Shown: piece after piece, positions 33,995 through 44,790 of the stretch | Numbering within the stretch: the first letter of the stretch is position 1 | Layout: the number at the start of each line of letters is the position of its first letter | IMG/VR virus record: IMGVR_UViG_3300011113_000747 | Coordinates: 32,001 to 96,000 of that record | DNA length: 64,000 nt | Direction: 5' to 3' (one strand) | Source: a virus | Notes under the pieces: generated by a model | Database searches by the model: none | Seen by the model: the letters and a program-made list of their open reading frames with translations, nothing else | Told to the model about the DNA's origin: nothing | Made by a program: the position numbers and the translations under genes

Positions 33995-34390
33995 ATGAGT
34001 CTGCTAAGTAAATATATAAAAGAGGTTGAGCAAGACCTCGTATTGAATGATTTCAATATTAAAGAAACACAATTAAGACTACCAGCTCGTAAACATTTTT
34101 GGGTAGCAAGATTGATTGAAGCAAAACGTGATCTTCAAAACCTTGTTGAAAAGGAAAAAAAGCTAACTAAAAAACTATCTGTTAAAGTGAAGGAGCAAGC
34201 TCCAGTTCATCTTACTGATAAAGCTGTAAGTAATCTTATCGACGAACAAGATGAAATGGTCTCGATAAAAGAACAAAAACGCGACCTTTCTAATGTTATC
34301 GAATATCTTGAAAAGGTTGAAAAAATACTTTCAAGTATGCACTGGGAAGTCAAAAACATTATTGATCTCAATAAACTTGAAACATTATGA
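33995..34390 (+). CDS. uvsY: Recombination mediator UvsY
   Basis: Coiled-coil, IEYLEKVEK...HWEVKNII; directly before UvsW. Confidence 0.7.
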   Translation: MSLLSKYIKEVEQDLVLNDFNIKETQLRLPARKHFWVARLIEAKRDLQNLVEKEKKLTKKLSVKVKEQAPVHLTDKAVSNLIDEQDEMVSIKEQKRDLSNVIEYLEKVEKILSSMHWEVKNIIDLNKLETL

Positions 34391-35802
34391 AATTTGACCT
34401 CAAAAGTAATAAGCTTATTTTTCAATGCGAAACTGAATTGTTTAAGCAGGTAAGAGAACATTTTAGTTGTCCTTATGAAGGTCATTCTTTCATGAAAAGA
34501 AAAAATAAGTTTATACCAAGCCGCAAATATTTCATTACACCTACAGGTCAATGTGAGATGGGTATGTTTTGGGAGATTAACAAATACCTTCATGAATGCA
34601 ATATTGTTGTACCATCATCATGCATTACTAAAGAGCTTTCAGATTACCTTACAAAACAGTATGACTTAAAGTTCTATAACAATTTAAAAGCTGATGGTAA
34701 TACCTTAAGAGAATATCAAGAAGATGCAGTTAAAATAGCACTTAGGTATGGCCGTGGTATTTGTCTGATGGGTACCGGGGCAGGTAAAACTATTACAACA
34801 GCAACATTAATTGAAAATTATTATCTAAATGCAACTAATAAAAATGCATTTAAATGTTTAGTTGTAGTACCTGATCTTGGTCTTGTTACACAAACATACA
34901 ACGATTTCCTTTCATATGGTGTTTCCTTCAAACCAACTAAATGGACAGGAAAACATGCACCTGATTTAACATCAAATGTGTTTGTGGTCAATCTTGGTAT
35001 TTTACAAAGTAAGTTTGAGGAAAATAAGTGGTTGGAACATATCGATCTATTAATTGTTGATGAATGCCATAAAGGAAAGGCTGAAGTAACAGGAAAGATT
35101 ATTTCCAAAATAAAAACATCACATAAGTATGGTTTCACAGGAACATTACCAGATAAGAACGGTGATAGGTGGTCTGTACTTGGTAAACTCGGACCAATCA
35201 TATTTGAGAAGAATTCCTACGAGTTGAGACAGGAAAATTACCTTACAAACGTTGAAGTTAAGTGTGTAAATCTATGTTATAAACCTGTTCCTAGAATGAA
35301 ATATAGAGAGGAACTAGATTTCCTTTATGAGTCGGAGTTTAGGAACAACACGATTAAGGAAATCGCGACCAAATTTCCTAAAAATGTCCTCATTCTAATC
35401 AACCATATCCGACATGGGGAAATTCTAATGGAAAAACTTCGCGGACTTTCCAAAAAGGTTTTCTTCATTCAAGGGAAAGTTGAGGTGGAAGAACGGGAAA
35501 AGATTAAGGAAATTATTGAGAAACACGACGATGTAGTGTGTATTGCGTTAAGTTCCATCTTTTCGACTGGTGTTAATATTAAGAATTTACACATGATTAT
35601 GTTTGCCGCAGGTGGGAAAGCCTTTATTCGTACAGTGCAATCGATTGGTCGTGGCTTGCGACTACATCCTTCTAAAAATAAACTATACATTTTTGACTTA
35701 ATTGACAATCTTCGTTATGGTTCCGAACATGGAGATGCAAGAAAAGACATCTATCAACGAGAAAAAATACAATTTATTGAAAAAAATATTAGAGAACCTT
35801 GA
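34387..35802 (+). CDS. uvsW: UvsW DNA helicase
   Basis: REYQ, GTGAGKT, DECH, GFTGT, QSIGRGLR. Confidence 0.9.
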   Translation: MKFDLKSNKLIFQCETELFKQVREHFSCPYEGHSFMKRKNKFIPSRKYFITPTGQCEMGMFWEINKYLHECNIVVPSSCITKELSDYLTKQYDLKFYNNLKADGNTLREYQEDAVKIALRYGRGICLMGTGAGKTITTATLIENYYLNATNKNAFKCLVVVPDLGLVTQTYNDFLSYGVSFKPTKWTGKHAPDLTSNVFVVNLGILQSKFEENKWLEHIDLLIVDECHKGKAEVTGKIISKIKTSHKYGFTGTLPDKNGDRWSVLGKLGPIIFEKNSYELRQENYLTNVEVKCVNLCYKPVPRMKYREELDFLYESEFRNNTIKEIATKFPKNVLILINHIRHGEILMEKLRGLSKKVFFIQGKVEVEEREKIKEIIEKHDDVVCIALSSIFSTGVNIKNLHMIMFAAGGKAFIRTVQSIGRGLRLHPSKNKLYIFDLIDNLRYGSEHGDARKDIYQREKIQFIEKNIREP

Positions 35803-35831
35803 TTTAATCTCTTTATATCATATATTGTGCT

Positions 35832-36287
35832 ATGAGTTCCAAAAAAGAAAAAAAAGAACACTACGTAAACTCTGAAGATTTCAAGAGAGAGCTTCAAAAG
35901 TATTACGACTCTGATGTAATGACTGAGATATTAGGTGTATATATTAAAAAAATTGCAACTGGTCTTAGTTATCTACCTAATTTTATTAACTACACCTATA
36001 AAGATGACATGATAGGTGATGCTCTTATTAAGATGTACAGTGCTCTTAAGAACAAAAAGTATGATTTTTCATCTGGATCCAATCCATTCTCGTATTTTAC
36101 AACGATTGCCTTTCATGCTTTCATTAATAGGATTAAAAAAGAACAAAAACATCACGAAACAATCACAAATTATAAGTCGCAGGTATACGAATCTATGATG
36201 ACCGACCCTGAGATGTCAAATTATGTCTATGTAAAGCCTGAAGGTGATGGTGATGACATGGACTCATATTATAACGAAAATGATTAA
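35832..36287 (+). CDS. gp55: Late-transcription sigma factor
   Basis: HYVN, IATGLSY.PNFINYTYKDDMIGDA, NPFSYFTTIAFHAFINRIKKE. Confidence 0.9.
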   Translation: MSSKKEKKEHYVNSEDFKRELQKYYDSDVMTEILGVYIKKIATGLSYLPNFINYTYKDDMIGDALIKMYSALKNKKYDFSSGSNPFSYFTTIAFHAFINRIKKEQKHHETITNYKSQVYESMMTDPEMSNYVYVKPEGDGDDMDSYYNEND

Positions 36288-37335
36288 TAAGTCGAGAGTA
36301 GCGATCTTTTCTGATTTACATTTAGGTGTTCATGGTAATTCAAACCAATGGCATGAAATTGCTTTAAATTGGTGTCGTTGGTTTGTTGAAGATCTGAAAC
36401 GTAACAATATTAAAGATGTTATCTTCTGTGGTGATTGGCATCATAATAGAAGTGAAATATCTGTTGATACACTTACCGTATCAGCTGAAATATTTGAGTT
36501 ACTAAGTGAGTTTAACCTCACTGTTATAACTGGTAACCATGATATGTATTTCAAACATAGAACTGATGTGCATTCACTTAACATTGTTAAGGGTAAAGAA
36601 AATGTAAACGTTATTGATAAACCGTTTGTTTTAGAACGTTTCGATAAAACTCTAGCATTTTTACCTTGGGGTTTTTCACTCAACGACGTACCTAATGGTG
36701 ATATTCTTTTCGGTCATTTAGAAATCGAATCTTTTAAAATGAACTCAATGAAAGATTGCGATGAAGGAATGAAAGCAAGTGAGCTGCTTCGTAAGTTTAA
36801 TCTTATTATATCAGGACACTTTCATACAAGACATGAACGTAATTTTGGAGCTGGTACAATCCTCTATACCGGTAATCCTTTTGAAATGGATTTTGGTGAT
36901 TGTGGTAATGATAAAGGGTACTATATCCTTGATATTGAGACTAATGAGTTGCAGTTCATTCAGAATAATATATCACCAAGATATAAAAAGATAACTCTTA
37001 GTGATATGGTAAGCATTGGTACTATTGATAATAGTATTAAATCAATTTTTAATAACAACTTTGTAAAGCTAAAAATTGACAAAAATATTAGTTCTGATGA
37101 TATGGATATTTTACGTGGTAAGTTAAGCCAACTTAAACCTACAAGCTTCATCGTTGAATATGATTTTGATTACAATAAACTTATTACAAAAGATACCTGG
37201 TTAACTCAATCTTTAGATGATTCAATTAATATACCAACTGCAATCGAAGAGTTTATTAATTTACTGGATATTGAAGATAAAAAATCTATATTAGACTATA
37301 CTCTCAACCTTTATGGTAAGTGTACAACGGTATGA
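36280..37335 (+). CDS. gp47: Recombination nuclease (Mre11/SbcD-like)
   Basis: SDLHLG, GDWHH, GNHD, GHLE, SGHFH. Confidence 0.9.
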   Translation: MINKSRVAIFSDLHLGVHGNSNQWHEIALNWCRWFVEDLKRNNIKDVIFCGDWHHNRSEISVDTLTVSAEIFELLSEFNLTVITGNHDMYFKHRTDVHSLNIVKGKENVNVIDKPFVLERFDKTLAFLPWGFSLNDVPNGDILFGHLEIESFKMNSMKDCDEGMKASELLRKFNLIISGHFHTRHERNFGAGTILYTGNPFEMDFGDCGNDKGYYILDIETNELQFIQNNISPRYKKITLSDMVSIGTIDNSIKSIFNNNFVKLKIDKNISSDDMDILRGKLSQLKPTSFIVEYDFDYNKLITKDTWLTQSLDDSINIPTAIEEFINLLDIEDKKSILDYTLNLYGKCTTV

Positions 37336-39137
37336 AAAACGTTTTATTCAAAAGTCTTAAGATTCAAAATTACCTTTCAGTTGGAAACAATCCTGTGTGC
37401 ATTAACTTTAATGCAGGTATTAATCTAATTACTGGTATTAATAAAGATAAGCCAGATAGAAGAAATGCAATTGGTAAATCTACTATAGCTGATGCATTAT
37501 ACTTTGGTATTTTTGGAGACCCTTTGCGTGAGATTAAAAAAGATCTCGTAATTAATAATATTACTGGTGGTACAACTACCATTGAAATTGAGTATGATGT
37601 AATAACTTCGAAAGAAACAAATTCATATAAAGTTATTCGTAAACTTAACCCATCAAAGGTTTTTATCTATAAAGATGGTGAAGATGCAACTAGAGATACC
37701 ATCGCAAATACCAACAAATATATTTGCGAAACTCTAAGTGCTACACCTTCATTATTTCAAAATTGTGTTATTATGACTGTTAATAACGCAGTACCTTTTA
37801 TGGCTAAAAATAAGGTCGAAAAGAGAAAATTTATCGAAGATATTTTTGGACTTGAAGTGTTTAGTAATATGTTATCAGAACTGCGTGGTGAATTAAATGC
37901 AGTTTCAAGAGAATATGAACTCGAGCAAGCAAAATATAACGAAGTTGAACGTACTGTTTCCGAATATGAAAAACAGAAACTTAAGGTATTAGATCATAGA
38001 AAGCAAAAACATGCTACATATCTAACACGTCAAAAAGAAAATGAGGACAATTTACATAAGCTTGAAACCAAGAGGGATGCTATTTTTTGGTTTGATGAAA
38101 CCTTGGTAAAAGAAAATATTGAAAAGCTTAAAGGTGGTATTACTAAATGTGATACTGCTATTAATGATAAAAATCATTTTATCGGTGAACTAACTGCAAA
38201 GATTAAAAACCTCAAAACCAACTTATCTAAGATCGGTACCGATGAAGATAAATGTCCAGTTTGCTTAAGATCAATTGAGGATCACGATGCTAATTATATC
38301 GAAGCTGAAAAAGAGAAAATTGAAGCTGAAATTAAAACGTATTTGGTGTCTCTCAAAGATGCAAAAGATGAGGTAATATCTATTCAGAATAAAAAAGACA
38401 GCATTAGCAATAAATTGAGAGAAGAAGAAAACAAACTTTCAAAAAATAAACTTAATACACAAGAAGAAAAAAACCTAACAGAAAAAATTGAACAGATTTA
38501 TAAATGGCAAAAATCTCTTATTGAGGATATTGAGCAAGTAGAAAATACTCAAACGGAATTTGACACTCTCATTGAAACTTCTAAAGTACGGGTTAATGAA
38601 CTCAATACATGCATTATTGAAAAGAAAAATAAAGTGCAAATGCTTGAAGTAGTTAAGTATGTTATTAGTGAAGAAGGTGTTAAGTCATACATTGTTAACA
38701 AATTGCTTGAACTTCTCAATGGTAGGTTGATGTATTATCTCAAAAAGCTTGACAGTAATGCTATTTGTTATTTTAATGAGTTTTTTGAAGAAGAGCTTGT
38801 TAATGATAAAAATAAAATTTGCTCATACTTTAACTTCTCTGGAGCTGAACGTAAGAGTGTTGACCTGGCATGTTTGTTTACTTTCTCTGACTTGAGAAGA
38901 ATGCAGGGTGGTGTTCAATATAATATTGCTTTTTATGATGAGTTATTTGATTCATCATTTGATAGTAAGGGTGTTGAACTTATAAGTGAAATACTTAAAG
39001 AACGTACTGAACAATTTAATGAGTGTATCTATATTATTTCACACAGGCCTGAATCACTAAAATCTGTTACAGGTGAAGTTGTATACTTAGAAAAAGAAAA
39101 TGGTATTACTAACCGAGTTGAGTTTACTGATATTTGA
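37332..39137 (+). CDS. gp46: Recombination ATPase (Rad50/SbcC-like)
   Basis: NAIGKST, CPVC hook, FSGAE, DELFD, ISH. Confidence 0.92.
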   Translation: MKNVLFKSLKIQNYLSVGNNPVCINFNAGINLITGINKDKPDRRNAIGKSTIADALYFGIFGDPLREIKKDLVINNITGGTTTIEIEYDVITSKETNSYKVIRKLNPSKVFIYKDGEDATRDTIANTNKYICETLSATPSLFQNCVIMTVNNAVPFMAKNKVEKRKFIEDIFGLEVFSNMLSELRGELNAVSREYELEQAKYNEVERTVSEYEKQKLKVLDHRKQKHATYLTRQKENEDNLHKLETKRDAIFWFDETLVKENIEKLKGGITKCDTAINDKNHFIGELTAKIKNLKTNLSKIGTDEDKCPVCLRSIEDHDANYIEAEKEKIEAEIKTYLVSLKDAKDEVISIQNKKDSISNKLREEENKLSKNKLNTQEEKNLTEKIEQIYKWQKSLIEDIEQVENTQTEFDTLIETSKVRVNELNTCIIEKKNKVQMLEVVKYVISEEGVKSYIVNKLLELLNGRLMYYLKKLDSNAICYFNEFFEEELVNDKNKICSYFNFSGAERKSVDLACLFTFSDLRRMQGGVQYNIAFYDELFDSSFDSKGVELISEILKERTEQFNECIYIISHRPESLKSVTGEVVYLEKENGITNRVEFTDI

Positions 39138-39151
39138 TATAAATTTGTAAT

Positions 39152-40351
39152 ATGTTTCCATCGCCGTTTGTATCCCCTTTCATTCCAGTTCAAGGCGCTA
39201 AATTAGCTTTTACACCCACAAAACCGAAAGAAATTCCAGCACCTCGCGAGCTTTCTTTACCTCGTGTTGTTAACTACCTTGCTGACTACAGTGGCTGTGG
39301 ACATTGGAGAGTTATTTGGCCTGAACAGATTTTAAACGGCAATGGTATGATGATATCACAATCAAATACATGTATGGTATTTGATCCTAAATGGTATGAA
39401 GGTGTTACTGCAATTAAAATTCAGAGACAAGCAACTACAGATCAAAAACGATTTATTGAGTACTTGAAGTCTATTCAAGCTCAATGTGGATTTAAAATAA
39501 TCTATGAAGTTGATGATGTGGTCTTCAGAGAAGATATTCCCGACTACAACAAGTTTAAATTTGCATTTGATAATGATGAGGTAAGACAAAATTGTATTGA
39601 TATTATCAACATGGCTGATGAGGTCACTGTAACATGTGACTACATGAGAGATTTATATAGAGAAAAAACTGGTAAGCAAGAAATTACAGTCATTCCTAAC
39701 TTCCCTCCATATTTCTGGATGGGCTATCTTTTCAATCATTCTAAAGTATGTAACTCATTAGATAAAAATCACAAAAAACCCCGTATTCTTTATACGGGGT
39801 CTGGAGCTCATTATGACGTAGACAATAAAGTTGGTGGTAAGGATGATTTTGAGCATGTAATTCAAGTGATCATTGATACCAGACACAAATATCAGTGGGT
39901 GTTTATGGGTTCATTCCCACCACCACTTTTACCATATGTGCAGTCTGGTGAGATTGAGTTTCATCAATGGCAAACACTTTATCAATATCCAAAGAAGATT
40001 TATGAACTTGATATTAATTTGATGATTGCTCCGTTGCAGGATAACCCATTCAACAGATCTAAGTCTGATATTAAATTCATCGAGGCATGCTTATTCGGTA
40101 TACCTGTTATTTGTCAGGATATGGTTACATATAAGGATGCACCACTTAAATTTAAAACTGGTGAGCAGCTTAAAGAGCTTATTGCATCAACACTCAAAAA
40201 TAAACCAAAATATCGCAAGATGTCTATAGAAATGAGACAAATTGGCGAACAACGCATTCTTGAAAAACAAGAAAACATTGGATGCATTTTTGAAGCATAC
40301 ACCACACCATATAATTCTCCTGAAAGAAAATACTTGAAGAAGTGGAATTAG
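39152..40351 (+). CDS. Glycosyltransferase (GT-B-like)
   Basis: GCGHWRV, YEVDD, IAPLQDNPFNRSKSDIKFIE. Confidence 0.75.
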   Translation: MFPSPFVSPFIPVQGAKLAFTPTKPKEIPAPRELSLPRVVNYLADYSGCGHWRVIWPEQILNGNGMMISQSNTCMVFDPKWYEGVTAIKIQRQATTDQKRFIEYLKSIQAQCGFKIIYEVDDVVFREDIPDYNKFKFAFDNDEVRQNCIDIINMADEVTVTCDYMRDLYREKTGKQEITVIPNFPPYFWMGYLFNHSKVCNSLDKNHKKPRILYTGSGAHYDVDNKVGGKDDFEHVIQVIIDTRHKYQWVFMGSFPPPLLPYVQSGEIEFHQWQTLYQYPKKIYELDINLMIAPLQDNPFNRSKSDIKFIEACLFGIPVICQDMVTYKDAPLKFKTGEQLKELIASTLKNKPKYRKMSIEMRQIGEQRILEKQENIGCIFEAYTTPYNSPERKYLKKWN

Positions 40352-40369
40352 TTCATATAATAAGACGAA

Positions 40370-42946
40370 ATGTCTTATAGAAACTGTTTTTACGATAATA
40401 ATAATCGATCAGTAGAACTCTTTGCGTGGGATAAAGACGGTAATCGTGTTCGTTATACTGTATCTCACGACCCTTATTTATACCTTGAAGACCCTAAAGG
40501 TGAAAGCACATCGATTTACAATACTAAATTGAAGAAGAAAGTGTTTCGTAATGGTTACGAACGCAGTAAATTTCTTCGTGATAGTGGTATCAGGAGGGTG
40601 TTTGAAAACGTACCCCCAGCTCAGCAATACTTGCTTGATACATTCTGGCGTGATAATGAAAAGCCAGAATTTACGCAGCATCCAATTAAGATCTGCTTTA
40701 TAGATATTGAAACCTATTCTGTTGACTCATTTCCAAATCCAGAAGATCCTACTCATGAGGTGACCGTTATTACTTGTTATGATAGTTTGAGTAAAAAGTT
40801 TCATACATTTGGTATTAAGCCATACAATGGCTCAAACAAAACTGTAAAGTATACTCATTGTAAAAATGAGAGGGAATTGTTCATAAAATTCATTGAGTAT
40901 TTGAAAAAGGATTATCCAGATATTATGTCTGGGTGGAACTCTGAGTTCTTTGATATTCCGTACATCATTAATCGTTGTACTAGAATTTTAGGTGAAGAAT
41001 ATACTAAAGGGTTATCACCTCTTGGACGTGTACATTATCGCGATATAGTTGGTAAGTTTGGTATGCAACAGCGTCGTTATTATATCGATGGTATTTCGAT
41101 TCTTGACTACTTGGATATTTACAAACGTTTCTGCTTTAAAGAACGTGATAGTTACAAGCTCGATAACATTGGTGAAATCGAACTTGGTGAGAAGAAGGTT
41201 AATTTAAATGGTATGTCTCTTGCTCAGTTAACAGATACTGATTGGGATACATTTATTGATTATAACATTCAGGACGTTAATATCGTTGTTCGTCTTGAGG
41301 AGAAGCTGCAGTATGTTAACTTATTGAGGATGTTATCTTATGCTGGGTTGTGTACGTTTGAACAAGCAATGGGTACATTGTCTGTGATCAATGGTGCTTT
41401 ATGTATCAAAGCTCGTGAAATTGGTAAAGTTATTTCAACTTTTATTCGTAATGATCCTGATAGTGTTAACCCAGGGGCTTATGTTGCAGAACCTAGAGGG
41501 GGATTTCAAGAGAAGATTATTTCGTTTGACGCAAACTCTCTGTATCCGAACGTGATGATTTCACTTAATTTATCTCCTGAAACTAAAGTGGGTAAGTTTG
41601 AGAAGGTTGATGATGACAACTATGTTGTGAGACATGTAAGTGGTAAAACGTTCAATCTTACCAAGACAAGATTTGCTGAACTTATTAAAGCAGAAGAGCT
41701 TGCAATTACAAAAGCAAACTTCTTGTTTACTCAAAAGTTTAAAGGTATTGTTCCATTATTTGTTGATCACTTTTATAACAAGCGTGTTGAAATTAAGAAA
41801 GAACTCCAAAAGTATAAAGTTGAGTTGAGTAAACTTAAGAAAGGTACTGCTGATTATAAACGTGTATCTGATATGGTTGATAAACTTAATGCGCATCAGA
41901 TGTGTGTGAAAGTTTTGATTAACTCTTGTTATGGATATTTTGGTAATAAGCAAGCGCCTATTGGAGATGATGATATTGCATCGTCTGTTACGCTAACAGG
42001 TCAGGCAGTTATCAAAGAATCAAATACACTTATCAAGGAATATCTCAAAAATAATGTTACTAACATTACAGATAGGGACTTAGAGGAAGCTATCATTTAT
42101 AACGATACAGATTCTTCTTATGTATCCATTAAGTCTCTCTTCAAAGACAATAAAATACAGTTCATTGATAAAGATGGGAATCTTACCAAAGAAACTCATG
42201 AGCAAGTGCAAAACATTGAAAACTTTCTTAATGAAAAGATTAAGATTTGGGGTAAAAAAGCTCTCAATTCAAAAGATTGTCGATTTGTTTTCAAACGTGA
42301 AAGCATTGGTGATGTTGGTATTTTCTTGCAGAAAAAACGTTATGTTTTACATGTACTAGATGATGAAGGTATTCCTTGTAGTAAGTTCAAGTATACCGGA
42401 GTTGAAGTTGTGCGTACAACAATGCCAAACGCAATTAAACCTTATGCTAAGAAGATTATTGAGACGATGATGCTCACAAAATCTCAAGCAGAAACAAATA
42501 GGGTGTTAAATGAAACGTACGATATCTTTAAGAGTTTGACTATTCAGGATATTGCATTTGTTATGGGATTGAAAGGTTATGATAAATATGCAGTTAAATG
42601 TAGGGAGTTTGAAACTGCAAAGTCAATGCCATTGCATGTAAAATCTAGTTATTATTACAACCTACTTCTTGATAAATTTAAACTTAATAACAAGTATGAG
42701 ACTTTATCATCTGGTGATAAAGTTAGATACATTTACGTAGAAACTCCAAATAAATACATGCTTGAATCAATTGCATTTAAAAATGAATTCCCTGAAGAGT
42801 TTAATCAGCTTTTTAAGGTAGATTATGATAAGATGTTTGAGAAGATTCTTTTTCAAGCAATTGAACGTTTTTATGAAGCAGTTAACTGGACTGTACGTAA
42901 ACCGAAAGATAATGTGCAAACAGAATTATTTGATTTGTTTGGTTGA
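40370..42946 (+). CDS. gp43: Family B DNA polymerase
   Basis: DIET, GWNSEFFDIPY, FDANSLYP, KVLINSCYG, YNDTDS, KKRY. Confidence 0.96.
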   Translation: MSYRNCFYDNNNRSVELFAWDKDGNRVRYTVSHDPYLYLEDPKGESTSIYNTKLKKKVFRNGYERSKFLRDSGIRRVFENVPPAQQYLLDTFWRDNEKPEFTQHPIKICFIDIETYSVDSFPNPEDPTHEVTVITCYDSLSKKFHTFGIKPYNGSNKTVKYTHCKNERELFIKFIEYLKKDYPDIMSGWNSEFFDIPYIINRCTRILGEEYTKGLSPLGRVHYRDIVGKFGMQQRRYYIDGISILDYLDIYKRFCFKERDSYKLDNIGEIELGEKKVNLNGMSLAQLTDTDWDTFIDYNIQDVNIVVRLEEKLQYVNLLRMLSYAGLCTFEQAMGTLSVINGALCIKAREIGKVISTFIRNDPDSVNPGAYVAEPRGGFQEKIISFDANSLYPNVMISLNLSPETKVGKFEKVDDDNYVVRHVSGKTFNLTKTRFAELIKAEELAITKANFLFTQKFKGIVPLFVDHFYNKRVEIKKELQKYKVELSKLKKGTADYKRVSDMVDKLNAHQMCVKVLINSCYGYFGNKQAPIGDDDIASSVTLTGQAVIKESNTLIKEYLKNNVTNITDRDLEEAIIYNDTDSSYVSIKSLFKDNKIQFIDKDGNLTKETHEQVQNIENFLNEKIKIWGKKALNSKDCRFVFKRESIGDVGIFLQKKRYVLHVLDDEGIPCSKFKYTGVEVVRTTMPNAIKPYAKKIIETMMLTKSQAETNRVLNETYDIFKSLTIQDIAFVMGLKGYDKYAVKCREFETAKSMPLHVKSSYYYNLLLDKFKLNNKYETLSSGDKVRYIYVETPNKYMLESIAFKNEFPEEFNQLFKVDYDKMFEKILFQAIERFYEAVNWTVRKPKDNVQTELFDLFG

Positions 42947-42976
42947 TTTATCACAAATATAATTCATAATATTTAT

Positions 42977-43318
42977 ATGAACGAACAAATTAAAGTTATT
43001 ATCGACAACGTTGGTAGGTTTATTATCGGTAAAGTTGTATCAGAAAGTGATACAGTTTTATCTCTAAAGACACCTGTAATTCTTCACGTACAACCAAGCC
43101 AGACAGGTCAGCTTCAAGTTCAGACTATCCCACTTTTCTTTGGTGAATTTGTAAAAAACAAAGATACCAATGTTTGGAATTATGCAAAATCAACAATTGC
43201 ATTTAGTGATGTTGAACTTGATGATAGACTTGTTAGTCAGTATCAGGCTATTGCTAACCCATCTCCAATCATCCAACCTACAGCAGATCCACAGGTTGTA
43301 AAGTTGTTTGATGATTAA
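42977..43318 (+). CDS. Hypothetical protein
   Basis: 113 aa; TTGATT...TATAAT upstream and a terminator downstream. Confidence 0.7.
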   Translation: MNEQIKVIIDNVGRFIIGKVVSESDTVLSLKTPVILHVQPSQTGQLQVQTIPLFFGEFVKNKDTNVWNYAKSTIAFSDVELDDRLVSQYQAIANPSPIIQPTADPQVVKLFDD

Positions 43319-43339
43319 TTATTAATAACAGCCAACCCG

Positions 43340-43370
43340 AGCCCGTTAGACTAGTCTAACGGGCTTTTTT
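43340..43370 (+). terminator. Rho-independent terminator
   Basis: AGCCCGTTAGA-CTAG-TCTAACGGGCT plus T tract. Confidence 0.85.
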
Positions 43371-43404
43371 GTTGATATTTTGAAAATTGAATTTAGATTA
43401 ATAC

Positions 43405-44526
43405 ATGGACAAAGAATTAAAAGCTGCATTAGATAGTATTGACGAAATTAACCCATACGCAACATATCTCGATAAGAACTCCCTTAGTTTAGTAGATGGT
43501 TGGATTGATACAGGATCGATGGTGTTAAACGCTCTCATCTCTGGTAAATTAGATGGAGGTATTCCAAAGGGTCGAGTTACTCTTTTAGCTGGTGAATCAA
43601 TGACTGGTAAGTCTCTTTTTGTACAAAAGATTCTTGCTCGAGCTCAGCGTCAAGGTTTAACTCCGGTTATCTTTGATACTGAAAATAGTATTGACCCTGA
43701 AGGTGCATCTCGCTTAGGACTTGATGTTTCAAAGGTAAAATATGTACCTTCCGTTACAATTGAAGAAACAAGAAATGCCATCTTCAAATTTTTAACTAAC
43801 GTTAAAGCAAAAGGTCTTGAAGGTAAATTTATTATTGCTATTGACTCGTTGGGTAACCTTCAATCACAGCAAGAAATGAATCGAATGGAGAAAGAGAGTA
43901 CATCTGCTGATATGGGTAGTGCAGCTCGTGCTATGAAGTCACTTCTTAAGACTTGCAATAATATGGGTGCTCTCACTAAAACAACCATTCTTTGCACGAA
44001 TCATGTGTATGATGATCCATCTGCAATGTTCCCATCACTTGAAAAACATATGCCTGGTGGTAAGTCTGTGACTTATCTACCATCTGTTTCTGTTCAGTTA
44101 GCTCGTAAGCCATTAAAAGATGATGGTGGTAAGACATTTGATAGTAACATGGTTGCTGGTCAGAAGAATTACTCTGGTGTGATTATTCGTGCTCTTACAC
44201 GTAAGAATCGTTTTATTAAACAGTACCTTGAAGCTGAGATGTACTTAAGCTTCTCAACGGGATTAGATAAATACTACGGTCTTCTTGATCTTGCAGTGGG
44301 TATGGGTGCTGTTATTCAAAATGGTTCTACTTATGCTCTACCAGACGGAACTAAGCTCGGTTATTACAAATCATGGCGTAAAGATTCTGACGTTTGGGAT
44401 CAGATTTTACCTAAACTTCAAGAAGAAATCACCAAAAATTGGGCATATAGTGAAGGTGAATCATCAGCTAATGATGTTGATGAAATTGATGAACTTGACG
44501 AAATGGAGGATAACGAAAATGAATAA
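43405..44526 (+). CDS. uvsX: RecA-like recombinase
   Basis: GESMTGKS, FDTE, IDSLGNL, NHVY, GGKS. Confidence 0.9.
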   Translation: MDKELKAALDSIDEINPYATYLDKNSLSLVDGWIDTGSMVLNALISGKLDGGIPKGRVTLLAGESMTGKSLFVQKILARAQRQGLTPVIFDTENSIDPEGASRLGLDVSKVKYVPSVTIEETRNAIFKFLTNVKAKGLEGKFIIAIDSLGNLQSQQEMNRMEKESTSADMGSAARAMKSLLKTCNNMGALTKTTILCTNHVYDDPSAMFPSLEKHMPGGKSVTYLPSVSVQLARKPLKDDGGKTFDSNMVAGQKNYSGVIIRALTRKNRFIKQYLEAEMYLSFSTGLDKYYGLLDLAVGMGAVIQNGSTYALPDGTKLGYYKSWRKDSDVWDQILPKLQEEITKNWAYSEGESSANDVDEIDELDEMEDNENE

Positions 44527-44788
44527 TATCAAACTACTATATTTTAGTGCACCGTGGTGTGGTCCATGTAAAATGTTTAAACCTGTAATTGAGCAGTTTA
44601 AACAAAAACAAACTGAATGTGATGTTCAAATTATTGACATTGAAGAGAATGAAGATCTTGGTAAACAATACAGTATTAATGCTGTACCCACATGCATCAT
44701 TCTTAAAAATGACAAAGAAGTATCTCGCTTTTCTGGCATGAAAGGTATTTCGTATATTGAATCTCTCGTAGACGAAGCTAAAATCTAA
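44519..44788 (+). CDS. Thioredoxin
   Basis: APWCGPCK, AVPT. The real start is ATG 44519 rather than the track's 44285. Confidence 0.9.
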   Translation: MNNIKLLYFSAPWCGPCKMFKPVIEQFKQKQTECDVQIIDIEENEDLGKQYSINAVPTCIILKNDKEVSRFSGMKGISYIESLVDEAKI

Positions 44789-44790
44789 TT

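Noticed and set aside
40370-42946. Intein or intron in DNA polymerase, helicases or RecA
   Set aside because: Lengths are normal, catalytic motifs are contiguous, and no splice motifs are visible.
44285-44518. N-terminal extension of thioredoxin
   Set aside because: An alternative frame inside uvsX. The thioredoxin fold starts at ATG 44519.
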